A stretch of DNA of 64,000 bases from an uncultured Acidobacteriota bacterium (GTDB taxonomy: Bacteria > Acidobacteriota > Thermoanaerobaculia > Multivoradales > UBA5704): positions 4,448,001 to 4,512,000 of the forward strand of contig CAVYRF010000002.1 of the NCBI GenBank assembly GCA_963770895.1. The letters run 5' to 3'. Both the position numbers and the translations under genes were made by a program. Within the stretch, counting starts at the first letter, position 1; each line of letters opens with the position of its first letter. The notes under the pieces were generated by a model. It was not told the origin of the DNA, made no database searches, and saw only the letters and a list, made by a program, of their open reading frames with translations. Positions 34,685 through 44,800 of this stretch are shown here, in pieces.

Positions 34685-34840
34685 AGGTCGGGTGTTCGGG
34701 CGGCCGATGCGGCCTGCGGCAACCCGTCACCGACCTGGGTCGCGGCTGTGACGGGGCAGTGTATGGACCCCCCGCCGAGGTGTCAAGGCGGCGCCGTGTC
34801 CCAGCGGGCGCCCGGTATGCGCATCCAGATAGGGGGGCAA

Positions 34841-36700
34841 ATGACGGAAATCCATCGACGGCGCATCCTTGTCTTCTGCTGCGGTATGGCGTGCTCGGCC
34901 TCCATGGCGCTGGCGCAGGGGCGCTGGACCTGGGTCAGCCCGTTGCCGCAAGGCAACGAGCTGAAGAAGGCCATCTTCGCCGCCGGTCAGTACGTCGCCG
35001 TCGGTGATCTGGGTGCGATCGTTACCTCGGTCGACGGCTCCAACTGGACGACGCAAGACTCCGGCACCACGGACGAGCTGTGGGATGTCACCTGGGGCGA
35101 CGGTCAATACGTCGCCGTGGGCGAGGCGATCGTGACGTCGCCGGATGCCCGTCACTGGACGGTGCGCAAGTCGGGGTTCCGCTATCCCCTGCACGGCGTC
35201 GCGTATGGCAACGGCCGCTTCGTCGCCGTCGGCGCGTTGCAGCTGTGGTCGCGCGACGGCCGCAGTTGGACGGTGGAGAAGCGGCGGCCTCGGTCCTTTC
35301 TCGACGGCGTGGCGTTCGGCAAGGGGCGGTTCGTCGCCGTGGGCAGTTTCGGCGGCATCGAGACCTCGGTCGACGGTCGCCGGTGGACGGCTCGGCGGGG
35401 GACGAAGAAGTCTCTCTGGGGGATCGCCTACGGCGACGGCCGCTTCGTCGCCGTGTCGCCGGAATACAGCGCCGGCAGCCGCGGCGCGATCCTGACGTCG
35501 CGGGATGGGATTCGCTGGACCCTCCAAAAGGCGGGCACCAGGAGGAGCGCCATCGACGCCGTGGGTGTCGCCTATGGCGGCGGTCGTTTCGTCGCCGTGG
35601 GACTCGAGGGCGAGATCCTGGCCTCGGCGCACGGCCAGGTCTGGCATGCCGTCGCGGCGCCGGAGGCGGCAAAATCACTGGCGTCGCTGCGCAGGGGGGG
35701 CCCCTTGGATGGCATCTCCTATTGCGATCGGCAGTTCGTGGCGGTGGGCTGGGCCGGCGCCATCTTCACCTCGCCGGATGGCAGCGTCTGGACGCCCCGT
35801 ACCGTCACCAAGGTCGAGGCACCGCTGGACGTGGCGTTCGTCGGCGACCGTTTTGTCGGCGTCGGCAAGAACGGCACGATCGAGGATTCCGCCGACGGCG
35901 AATCCTGGACGGTGCAGGATTCAAAGACCAGGGCAGATCTCGTCGGTATTGCCAGCGGCGCGGGTCACACCGTGGCCGTCGGGATTGGTGACGATAGCGC
36001 CGTCGTCGTCACCGCGACCGATGGCGGCGCCTGGCAGCCGCAGACCATGAAGGCGATCTGCCCTTCCTGCAGCATCCTGCGCGCCGTCGCTTTCGGCAAC
36101 GGTCGCTTTGTCGCCTGCGGCGATCCCGCGACGATCCTGTCCTCGCCGGACGGCTCGGTCTGGACGCGCGAGGCTTCCGACGTCACCGACGATCTGTCGG
36201 GGCCGCATGGGCACACTGCGGAGCACCTGCGCAGTATCGCCTACGGCGACGGACAGTTCGTGATCGTGGGCGATGAGGGCTCCATGCTGACCTCGCCCGA
36301 CGGCAAGATCTGGACTCCAAGGATCACGCCGGGAGCGATTCGGCGCTTCGCCGCGGTGACCTGGCACGACGGCACCTTCGTCGCCACGGGTTCGTTCGGC
36401 ACGTTGTGGATCTCGCGCGACGGCGTTGCCTGGCACGAGGCGGGATCTTTCGTCGACGACATCCTCAGCGGCTTGCAGGGCCTGACCTATGGCGATGGCC
36501 AGTTTGTCGGCGTCGGCTTCGGCACCATTCGCACCTCGACCGATGGCGTCACCTGGCTCGAGCGCAGGGCGATTCCCGCCGCGGATCTCAATCGCATCGC
36601 CTATGGCAACGGCCGCTTCGTCGCGGTGGGCAACGGCAACGTCCTGGTGTCGCGCGCCGAGACGGCGAGCGATTCCGCCGCGCCGCCGCCGCCGCCCTGA
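34841..36700 (+). CDS. Secreted BNR/Asp-box beta-propeller repeat protein
   Basis: Signal peptide, more than ten repeats of (Y/F)G(N/D)GRFVAVG...SxDGxxW. Confidence 0.85.
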   Translation: MTEIHRRRILVFCCGMACSASMALAQGRWTWVSPLPQGNELKKAIFAAGQYVAVGDLGAIVTSVDGSNWTTQDSGTTDELWDVTWGDGQYVAVGEAIVTSPDARHWTVRKSGFRYPLHGVAYGNGRFVAVGALQLWSRDGRSWTVEKRRPRSFLDGVAFGKGRFVAVGSFGGIETSVDGRRWTARRGTKKSLWGIAYGDGRFVAVSPEYSAGSRGAILTSRDGIRWTLQKAGTRRSAIDAVGVAYGGGRFVAVGLEGEILASAHGQVWHAVAAPEAAKSLASLRRGGPLDGISYCDRQFVAVGWAGAIFTSPDGSVWTPRTVTKVEAPLDVAFVGDRFVGVGKNGTIEDSADGESWTVQDSKTRADLVGIASGAGHTVAVGIGDDSAVVVTATDGGAWQPQTMKAICPSCSILRAVAFGNGRFVACGDPATILSSPDGSVWTREASDVTDDLSGPHGHTAEHLRSIAYGDGQFVIVGDEGSMLTSPDGKIWTPRITPGAIRRFAAVTWHDGTFVATGSFGTLWISRDGVAWHEAGSFVDDILSGLQGLTYGDGQFVGVGFGTIRTSTDGVTWLERRAIPAADLNRIAYGNGRFVAVGNGNVLVSRAETASDSAAPPPPP

Positions 36701-36816
36701 GCCGCGCCGAGCCCGCAGGGCCAACGCTCGCCAGCCGTGGTCCGTACACCTGGCAGAATCACCACGGTTTGGGATTGAGCGACTGGGCGCGCTCCGGCCC
36801 TGGCAAAGGAGATGGG

Positions 36817-37593
36817 ATGAAATCGATGCGCCGCAGGATCGTGGGTTGCCTCACACTCGCCTGGGGGCTGCCGCTCGCCGCCGCCGGGTCCGCTGCCGTC
36901 CCGCCGGTGCCGTTGGGCGACGCCTTCCCGCTGAATCCGGGCGAGGTCTGCAGCGGTGCCAAGCCGTGCTCGTTCGATGCGCCGGTGGTCGTGGGCTCGC
37001 CCGGCGGCGGGATCCTGGGGGCCTGGGTGAAGCACAACGACAGCAGCGACGGAACGCTGTTTGCGCGCGCCTACCGGTCCAGCGGGGCGGCGGTGCAGGC
37101 CGCGGCGCAGGTGAGCGACGCGCTGGCGGTGTATGCGGCCGTGGCGGGCCAGCCCGCGGCTGCCTGCGACCCCGCCGGCGACTACCTGGTGACGTGGGGC
37201 AACCGGACGCAGGCCAACGGCGACGTGGTTCTGCGCCGGCTGAGCCCGCAGGGCGCCCCGGTTGCGCCGGCCGTCGACCTGGCTCCCGCCCCCGCCGGAT
37301 TCGACGGCGGCGATACGCCCAGCAGCTTCGCCTATGGCATCCTTTCGCGAGCCCCGGACGGCTCCTTCATCGTCGTCTGGGAGGACGAGGGCCCCACCAG
37401 CGGGCGCCTGGTCGGACGCCACGTCGACGCCTTCGGGGCGCCCCTGAGCGACGAATTCGAGATCGCCGCCGGCCTGGCCCTGGGCGAGCAGCCGTCCGTC
37501 ACCCACTACGGCACGACCGGCACCTTCCTGGTCGCCTGGGTGCTGAACCACCACCTCTACGCCCGCCGCTACGCTCCCGCCGCGACGCCTTAG
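36817..37593 (+). CDS. Secreted hypothetical protein with beta-repeat character
   Basis: SD AAGGAG, signal peptide, recurring GxF/Y-x-V-x-W...ARRY units. Confidence 0.7.
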   Translation: MKSMRRRIVGCLTLAWGLPLAAAGSAAVPPVPLGDAFPLNPGEVCSGAKPCSFDAPVVVGSPGGGILGAWVKHNDSSDGTLFARAYRSSGAAVQAAAQVSDALAVYAAVAGQPAAACDPAGDYLVTWGNRTQANGDVVLRRLSPQGAPVAPAVDLAPAPAGFDGGDTPSSFAYGILSRAPDGSFIVVWEDEGPTSGRLVGRHVDAFGAPLSDEFEIAAGLALGEQPSVTHYGTTGTFLVAWVLNHHLYARRYAPAATP

Positions 37594-37663
37594 CAGACCG
37601 TTCGCCTCATCCCTGGCGGCGCCGCCGGCCCGTGGCGGTGGTGGGACGCGCTACGATCGGCGG

Positions 37664-39289
37664 ATGAGCATGCCTCCCGGCCCGTCGGCGGAGCGCGGCG
37701 GCGGGGCGGCCGGCCGCGGTGGGCTCGCCGCGGCCGGGCCGCCGGCGGACGACCCGGCGTCCTTGGACGGCCGGGCGCCGGCGCGGCCGCGATGGTGGGC
37801 GGTGGCGGTGCCGCTGGCGCTGGCGGCGGCGGTGCAGCTGGTGCTCAGCCTGCGGGTCGGGTTCTTTACCGGCGACGACGTGGAGGTGCTGGAGACGGCG
37901 CTGGTGCCGGTCGGCTTTGCCTATCGGCCGTGGGCCATCCGCAACCTGCTGTTTCCGCGGCTGCTGGTGTCGCCGGTGCTGCTGCTGGCGCGGGCGGCGG
38001 GGGTGGCGGACAACCTCGACCTGGTGCGGCTGGCCGTGCTGCCCTTCGTCGTCCTGACGCTGTGCAACGCGCTCCTGGTGTACCGGCTGGCGCTGCGGCT
38101 GTGCGACCGGCGGGTGGCGACGGTCGCCGCGGGGGCGTTCGCACTGCACTGGCTGCCGCTCGTCTACGGCGGCACGGTCTACCCGCGGACCGCCGGGACG
38201 ACCTGCATCCTGGCGGCGGCGTTGCTGCTGGCGGGCGGCGGCCGCGACCTGGGGCGCGGCTGCGGCGCCGGCGCCCTGATCGCGCTCGCTTTCGCGGACC
38301 GCTACAGCGAAGCGATCTACCTGGCGCCGCTGGGCGCCTACGTGCTGGTCGCCGGGGGGGCGGCGGCGGCGCGCCTGCGGCGTCTGGCCGGGCTGGGCCT
38401 GGGCTTCGCCGGCGGCGTGGCGGTGACGTCCGGCCTGTGCGACCTGTGGTTCTGGGGCAAGCCGTTCGCGAGCCTCCTGGCGTTCGGCCGCTTCACGCTG
38501 GTCGAGACCAGCGAAACCGCCGGCGTCGCCTTCCAGCCGGCGCTGTGGTACCTCCAAAATGCCTGGCAGTGGCTGCCGCCGACGCTGCTGCCCTTGCTGG
38601 TCGCCGCCCGCCGCCGCGCCGGCCTGCGCCTGCCCTGGCTGATGGCCTCGCTGCCGGTGCTGCTGCTGTCGGCGATCCACCACAAGGAGCTGCGCTATTT
38701 ACAAGGCGTGGTGCCGTTCCTGGCCATCCTGGTCGCCGCCGGCGTGGTGCAGCTTTGGAGAGCCGGCCAGGCCGTGCGGAGTGGCGGTCAGGCGTGGAAG
38801 ATCGCGGCGCGGATCGGGTGGACGGGGCGCGGCCGCCGGGTGTGGGTGGCGGCTCTGCTGGGCGCGTCGCTGCTGCTGTCGCTGGCGACGGCGGCCGCCG
38901 TGGTGCGCGAAAAGACCGTCACCGCCGTGGACGCGGCGCTGGCTCTGCGGCGGCGGCCGTCGGTGAGCCTGGTGGCGCTGTCGCAGCCCTGGTGCTTCGG
39001 CGATCGGCTCTTCCTGGCCGATGGCGTCACGGTGTTGCCGATGACCGTGCCGCCGCTGCCGCGGCAGGTCCGCGCCGCGCTCGGCACCGCCGATACGCTG
39101 GGGATCTTCGCCGCCAACCTGGCGCGGGTGCCCAGCCTGGCCGCTGCCGTCGCGGGCGCGGCGCCCGGCCAGGTCCAGTGGTTCCGCTCCTGGTGGAGCG
39201 AGCCGGTGATCCTGCTCGACCGTCCGGGGGTCAGTGCGGGGCGGCGACCAGGTCCTGGTCTTCGGGGTGGCGGTTCAGGTAGGCCTTGA
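37664..39289 (+). CDS. GT-C membrane glycosyltransferase (Alg9/GT22-like)
   Basis: Many TMs, N-terminal acidic GDDVE loop, IRNLLFP, HHKELRYL resembling the HKExRF motif. Confidence 0.75.
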   Translation: MSMPPGPSAERGGGAAGRGGLAAAGPPADDPASLDGRAPARPRWWAVAVPLALAAAVQLVLSLRVGFFTGDDVEVLETALVPVGFAYRPWAIRNLLFPRLLVSPVLLLARAAGVADNLDLVRLAVLPFVVLTLCNALLVYRLALRLCDRRVATVAAGAFALHWLPLVYGGTVYPRTAGTTCILAAALLLAGGGRDLGRGCGAGALIALAFADRYSEAIYLAPLGAYVLVAGGAAAARLRRLAGLGLGFAGGVAVTSGLCDLWFWGKPFASLLAFGRFTLVETSETAGVAFQPALWYLQNAWQWLPPTLLPLLVAARRRAGLRLPWLMASLPVLLLSAIHHKELRYLQGVVPFLAILVAAGVVQLWRAGQAVRSGGQAWKIAARIGWTGRGRRVWVAALLGASLLLSLATAAAVVREKTVTAVDAALALRRRPSVSLVALSQPWCFGDRLFLADGVTVLPMTVPPLPRQVRAALGTADTLGIFAANLARVPSLAAAVAGAAPGQVQWFRSWWSEPVILLDRPGVSAGRRPGPGLRGGGSGRP

Positions 39290-39518
39290 CGAAGGGGCAG
39301 GTGGGCACGATGTGCTCGCCGCGCGAGCGGGCGTCCGCCAGGACGCCGCGCACCAGGGCTTCGCCGGCGCCGCGGCCGCGCAGCGCCACGGGCACCTCGG
39401 TGTGCTGCAGGTCGATGGTGTGGGGGTCGACCACCGCGAAGCGGATGTGAGCTTCGTGCCCGTCCACCAGGGCGACATACTTGGCGTGATGGTCGTCTCG
39501 TTGGACTTGCAGGTCCAT
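39231..39518 (-). CDS. Small GNAT N-acetyltransferase (YjdJ-like)
   Basis: HTEVPVALRGRGAG...PTCPFV...HPE. SD AGGAGG before ATG 39518. Confidence 0.88.
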   Translation of the reverse strand: MDLQVQRDDHHAKYVALVDGHEAHIRFAVVDPHTIDLQHTEVPVALRGRGAGEALVRGVLADARSRGEHIVPTCPFVKAYLNRHPEDQDLVAAPH

Positions 39519-39639
39519 GCGTCCTCCTGGCCGCCGGCTGGTGCGGCCGCGGCATGCGGCGTCACGATGCGGCGGCGGCGCGCCGGCGTGCCCCCGGCGA
39601 GCGAGCGGGGCACCGGCCCAGCATAGCCCGGCTGGCCGC

Positions 39640-41799
39640 TCAGGGGGCCGGCGACAGGATGCGGGCCAGGCGGAAGCCGGTGCGCTGGCTGGCATAGCCG
39701 GGCTGGGCGTTGTCGCGGCTGGCGGAGCGGCAGTGCTGGGCGTCGTTGTCCCAGCTGCCGCCGCGCAGGACGCGCGGCGCCGCCGGGCTGGGCGTTGCCA
39801 GGGGATCGGTCTGCGGCTCCTCGCCGTACCGCGCGTAGGCGTCCTCCACCCACTCCTGGACGTTGCCGTACATGTCGTACAGGCCCCAGGGGTTGGGTTC
39901 CAGGGAGGCGGCCGGCAGGGTGTGCCAGCCGGCGGGGCGGCTGGCGGACCGGCAGTTGCCGAAGCGCGGGAGCTGCGGCGGGTCGTCGCCAAAGCTGTAG
40001 CGCCCGGTGCTGCCGGCGCGCGCGGCATACTCCCATTCGGCCTCGGTGGGGAGCCGGAAGAGGGCGGTGCCCGCCAGCTGGTTGAGCTGCTGGACGTAGG
40101 TTTGCGCGGCGTTCCAGGAGACGGTGTCGACCGGCAGGTTGGGGCCGCGGTCGTGGCTGGGGTTGGCGTGCATCACCGCCTGCCACTGCGCCTGGGTGAC
40201 CTCCGTCATCTGCATGCACCAGGCGGACAGCGTGACCTCGTGCACCGGCCCTTCGTCGGCGCCCTGCCGGCTGGCGCGGGGGCCGCCAGGGGCGCCAGGA
40301 TCGCCGCGAGCGGCTCCCATCTGGAAGGTGCCCGGACCGATCCTGCGAAACCGCAGGTCCTGCACGCCGAGCCGCTCGAGCGCCGGTGGCACCTCGCATC
40401 CCGGGCTCGAAGCCGGCAGCGCGGCGGCGCGGCCCCCCGGCACGGGGCGTGGGCCTGGCGCGGACAGGGGCCGCCAGCCAGCCAGCCAACCCCACCAGGC
40501 CGAGGCCGCGACGAGCAGCAGGCCGATCGACGCGATGAGCTGGCGAGCCCAGCCCCGGCGCCGGCGCGCGCGGTCCACGCCCTGGTCGTCGTGCGGCAGC
40601 GGAGCGCCCTGTGCTGCTGCCGGCGGCGCCTCCGCCGGAGATCCGGCGGTCTCCCCCGGCGGCGGCAGCGGCGCGAACAGGTCGAACAGGTCTCCGTCGG
40701 GCGCTCGCAGGAAGAGGACCGGCGCGGCCCAGGCGTTTGGCTCGGACGCGCCTCCCAGGCTGGCGCGGGCTCTGGCGACCGCCAGGTCCACCGGCGTGCC
40801 GCCTGCCAGAGCGGTGTACATGCGTTCGGAAAAGCGGATGGCGGTCGCGTCGCGGATGCGAAACTGGATCGCCACCAGCGCGGGGATCGCCTGGTAGGAA
40901 AGACCCTGCGCCAACCCGGCGAAGGCGTCGTCGGCGGCGCCCTGGGCGGTCTCGCAGGCGTTGAGGACCAGCAACCGCAGGCTCGGATGGCGCGAGAACG
41001 CTGCCTGGATCTCGAGCTCGCCGACCCGGGCAGCGGTTCCGGTCGGGCCTTCGAACATCAGGAAGGCCCTGCGCGCAGCGGCATCGAACGCGCCATGACC
41101 CATGAAGTGGAGCACGTGGCAGGGCGGCGAGCCGGTGTCGGGCTCGGCGAGGCGGTGCCAGATCTCCTGCCAGGTCGCGTGCCGGCAGCATTCGATCGCC
41201 ACCAGCCCGGCGTTTTCCAGGTCGCCCAGGTGGCTCTCGATCTTCGCCCTTTCGCCGTCCAGGTCGAGCCGCGGCAGGTCGCGCGGGCAGGCGAGCGCCA
41301 GCAGGATGCGCAGCGGCGGCGTCGGGCGGAGGCGCTCCAGGGGAATGCAGCCGCGCGGCGCCCGCACCACGATGACTTCGTCGATCAGCGTCAGGAATCG
41401 GTTGCGCTCGGGATCGTAGAGATACTCCCAGGGGAGCGCCGCCAGCTCGGGGACGTCGCTCAGGGTGAGCCGCAGCCGCAGCCGCTCCTCCCTGGCGCAG
41501 GAGCGATCGAGACAGCGCGCCCACAGGGTCCTCAGGTTGCGCGGGAAGGCGAGGTCGAAGAGAAAGGTACCGATCTGCTTCGGATCGCCGGCCGGGTGCT
41601 CCCGCACGTCGCGCCGCGGACCGGCATGCCGCCCCGCCGGCGTGCGCGGAATCTGGAACGGCGGCGGCAGGGTGAAATCCGCCGTGTCGCCGACGCCCCA
41701 CCGCTGGCATTCGACGCGCGCGCGGCAGCGTCGCTGGCCGATTTTCTCGACGGTCAGATTGAAATCGGCGATTTCGCGGGCCTTGGCGGGCGGCGACAC
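39640..41799 (-). CDS. CHAT (caspase-like) domain, TM, FGE-sulfatase/SUMF1 domain fusion
   Basis: LPWEYL, VLHFMGHG, LVLNAC, TM, FQMG, EVTQAQW, RLPTEAEWEYAARAG, NPWGLYDMYGNVQEW, RGGSW, GFR. GTG start approximate. Confidence 0.88.
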   Translation of the reverse strand: MSPPAKAREIADFNLTVEKIGQRRCRARVECQRWGVGDTADFTLPPPFQIPRTPAGRHAGPRRDVREHPAGDPKQIGTFLFDLAFPRNLRTLWARCLDRSCAREERLRLRLTLSDVPELAALPWEYLYDPERNRFLTLIDEVIVVRAPRGCIPLERLRPTPPLRILLALACPRDLPRLDLDGERAKIESHLGDLENAGLVAIECCRHATWQEIWHRLAEPDTGSPPCHVLHFMGHGAFDAAARRAFLMFEGPTGTAARVGELEIQAAFSRHPSLRLLVLNACETAQGAADDAFAGLAQGLSYQAIPALVAIQFRIRDATAIRFSERMYTALAGGTPVDLAVARARASLGGASEPNAWAAPVLFLRAPDGDLFDLFAPLPPPGETAGSPAEAPPAAAQGAPLPHDDQGVDRARRRRGWARQLIASIGLLLVAASAWWGWLAGWRPLSAPGPRPVPGGRAAALPASSPGCEVPPALERLGVQDLRFRRIGPGTFQMGAARGDPGAPGGPRASRQGADEGPVHEVTLSAWCMQMTEVTQAQWQAVMHANPSHDRGPNLPVDTVSWNAAQTYVQQLNQLAGTALFRLPTEAEWEYAARAGSTGRYSFGDDPPQLPRFGNCRSASRPAGWHTLPAASLEPNPWGLYDMYGNVQEWVEDAYARYGEEPQTDPLATPSPAAPRVLRGGSWDNDAQHCRSASRDNAQPGYASQRTGFRLARILSPAP

Positions 41800-41894
41800 G
41801 GCAGGAAGACACCCCCGGCGGGGTCGTCGGGTTAGCGCCGGGCCGGCGCGGCCGGCGTGGCCGCGGGGCGCGCGACCCGGCGGGGGCGGAGCGA

Positions 41895-44800
41895 TCAGCT
41901 GCCGAGCAGGCGGCGGAGGCTGGCTGCCAGGGCTGCCACGGCGGGTGGGCGGACGATCGAGTAGTGGTCGCCCGGCAGGGTCTGGATCTCGGTGCCGGCG
42001 CCGGCGAGCGCGGCCCAGGCGTCCGCGGGGTGGGTGCGGGCGCGGCCGGCGGCCGCGGTGGAGCGCCGGGATGCCAGCAGCAGGGTGAGCGGGCCGGGGG
42101 CGGCGACGGGGCGGTAGCGGTCGAGCGCCCGGCGCGTGGTCTGGAAGAGGGCGAACAGGCGCTCCACCTCGCCGGCCGCGAGCTCGGCCGGCAGCAGGCC
42201 GGCGCTGTGCGCGGCATCGACCAGGCGGGACAGGGGGACGTCCGCGGCGAAGGTGGCGTCGAGCCGGGCGAGCTGTGCCGCGCCGCCGGACACCAGGCAG
42301 AGGTCGCGCAGGAATTCCTTTTTGAGCTGCGCCGCGGCGGTCGCCCGCGGCGCCGCGGCGCGCCGGAGCGCGGCGGGATCGATCAGCACCAGAGGCTGGA
42401 CGGGGCGCCCGGCGGCGCGCAGCTGGCGCGCCATCTCGTAGGCGATGGCGCCGCCCAGCGACCAGCCGCCCAGGGCGTAGGGGCGGGGCGGCGCCCCGGG
42501 CGCGGCTGGCGGCGGCAGCGCCGCCACGTAGTGGGCGGCCAGCGTTTCGATCGTCGGCTCGGGCCCCAGGTCCACAAGCTCGGGCAGCTGCAAGCCGTAG
42601 AACGGCTGCGCGGGGCCCAGGGCGCGGGCCAGCTCGGCGTAGCACAGGACGTTGCCGCCGGCGGGATGGACGCAGAACAGGGGCCGCACCGGAGCCGCCG
42701 GCGCGTCGGCCGGCGCCGGGCCGGCGGCGGGGGTCAGCTCGACCAGGGCGGTGCGGCGCGCCGGTGTGGCCTGGGCGTCGGTTTGCAGCAGGGCGGCCAG
42801 GCCGGCGACCGTGGGGGCGCGCAGCAGCGCGGCCAGGGGCAGGTCGCGTCCGAAGGTGTCGCGAATCCGCGCCGCCAGGCGCAGGGCGAGCAGCGAGTGG
42901 CCGCCGAGGGCGAAGAAGTTGTCGTCGACGCCCACCGCCGGGCAGGCCAGGACGGCGCGGAAGAGGTCCGCCAGGGCGTGCTCGGCCGGCGTGCGCGGCA
43001 GCGCTCGGACACCGCCGTCGCCGCCGTCGCCGGCTGCCGGCGAGGGATCGGGCAGCGCCTTGCGGTCCAGCTTGCCGTTGGCGTTGAGCGGCAGGGCGTC
43101 GATGAGCATGGTTTCGGCCGGCACCATGTAGGCGGGAAGCCTGGCCGCCAGGGCCTGGCGCAGCTCGGCGAGGAGCGCCGTGCCGGCGGCGCCGGCGGCG
43201 CGCTCCGGCCGCGCCACCACGTAGCCCACCAGGCGATCGTCGCCGCCGCGGTCGCGCACCGCCGCCGCCGCCGCCCGCACGTCCGGGTGGGCGGCGAGCG
43301 CCGCCTCGATCTCGCCCAGCTCGATGCGAAAGCCGCGCACCTTGACCTGGCCGTCGAGGCGCCCCAGGAACTCGACCACGCCGTCGGCGCGCTGGCGGGC
43401 CAGGTCGCCGGTGCGGTAGAGGCGGCTGCCTGCCTCGTCGGGCGAGGCGAAGGGGTTGGGCACGAACGCCGCGGCGGTCAGCTCCGGCCGCCCCAGGTAG
43501 CCGCGCGCCAGGCAGGAGCCGGCGATGCACAGCTCGCCGGACGCGCCGGGCGGCACCGCGCTCAGCGCGCGGTCGAGCAGGTGGAGGCTGGCGCCGGCGA
43601 TCGGCCGGCCGAGCGGCACGGTCTGGCCCGGCGACTCGGCGCCGCAGAGCCATTCGGAGACCGACACGGCCGCCTCGGTGGGGCCGTAGCGCGCGACGAG
43701 CGCCGGCGCCGGCTGGGCCATGGCGGCGTGGTAGCGCGGCGGCAGGTCGCCGGGCACGCGGTCGCCGCCGGTCACCAGGCGGCGCAGCCAGCGGTTGGCG
43801 CGGAACGCGGGCTCGGCGAGCAGCACCGGCCAGAGCGCCGGCGGCAGGGTGAGGTTGGTCACCCGCTCGCCGGCGAGCAGGCTGGCGAGCGCGCCGGCCT
43901 CCTGGTGCCGCTCGGGCGGCACCACCAGCACGGCGCCCCCCATCCACAGCGGCGCGAAGATCTCCACCACCGAGATGTCGAAGGCGAGCCGCGTGCGCTG
44001 GAGCACGCGCGCTCCCGGCGCCAGGTCGGCGGCGACCTGGTAGCGCAGGCGGTTGACCACGGCGCGGTGTGACACCACGACGCCCTTGGGCCTGCCCGTC
44101 GAGCCGGAGGTGTACAGCACGTAGGCCGGGTGGTCGGGGTGCGGCTCCCCCGCCGCGGCGGCAGCGGCCGCCGCGGTTGGCCGGGGAGGCCGCGGGCGCC
44201 GGCCCGGCGCCGGCAGGGCGGCCGGCGCGCCGGGCCGGTCGAGCGGCACGGCGCGGGCGGCGGCGCCAAAGCGCCCGGCCAGCGGCTGGTCGGCCAGGAC
44301 CAGCCGCACTCCGGCGTCGGCCGCCATGCCCGCCAGGCGCTCGGCGGGCAGGGTCGGGTCGAGCGGCAGGTAGGCGCCGCCCGCCTTCAGCACCGCCAGC
44401 AGCGCCACGATGAGCGCGAACGACGGCTCGCCGCAGATGCCGACGACCTGCTCCGGGCCGACCCCCAGCCGGCGCAGCTGCGACGCCAGGCGCTCGACGC
44501 GGCCGGCCAGCTGGCCGTAGCGCAGCGTGCGCCCGCGCCGTCCGTTGCCGGCGGCCGCGGCGCCGCATTCGACCAGCGCCACCGCCTGCGGATGGCGCGC
44601 CGCGTGCCGCTCGAACGGCTGGTGCACCAGGTCGTCGCCGCCGGCGGCCCAGGCGGAGGAGTTCCATTCGATCGTCACCTGGTGCCGCTCGGCGGGGAAG
44701 AGCAGCGGCAGGTCGTGGGTGCGCGCGCCGCCGCCGCCGGCGGCGGCCAGGCCCGCGAGCAGGTTGCACAGGTGTCCGGCCAGGCGTTCGACGGTCGCCG

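Noticed and set aside
39640-39800. FGE C-terminus as a possible diversity-generating retroelement target
   Set aside because: No template repeat or reverse transcriptase is seen in the window.
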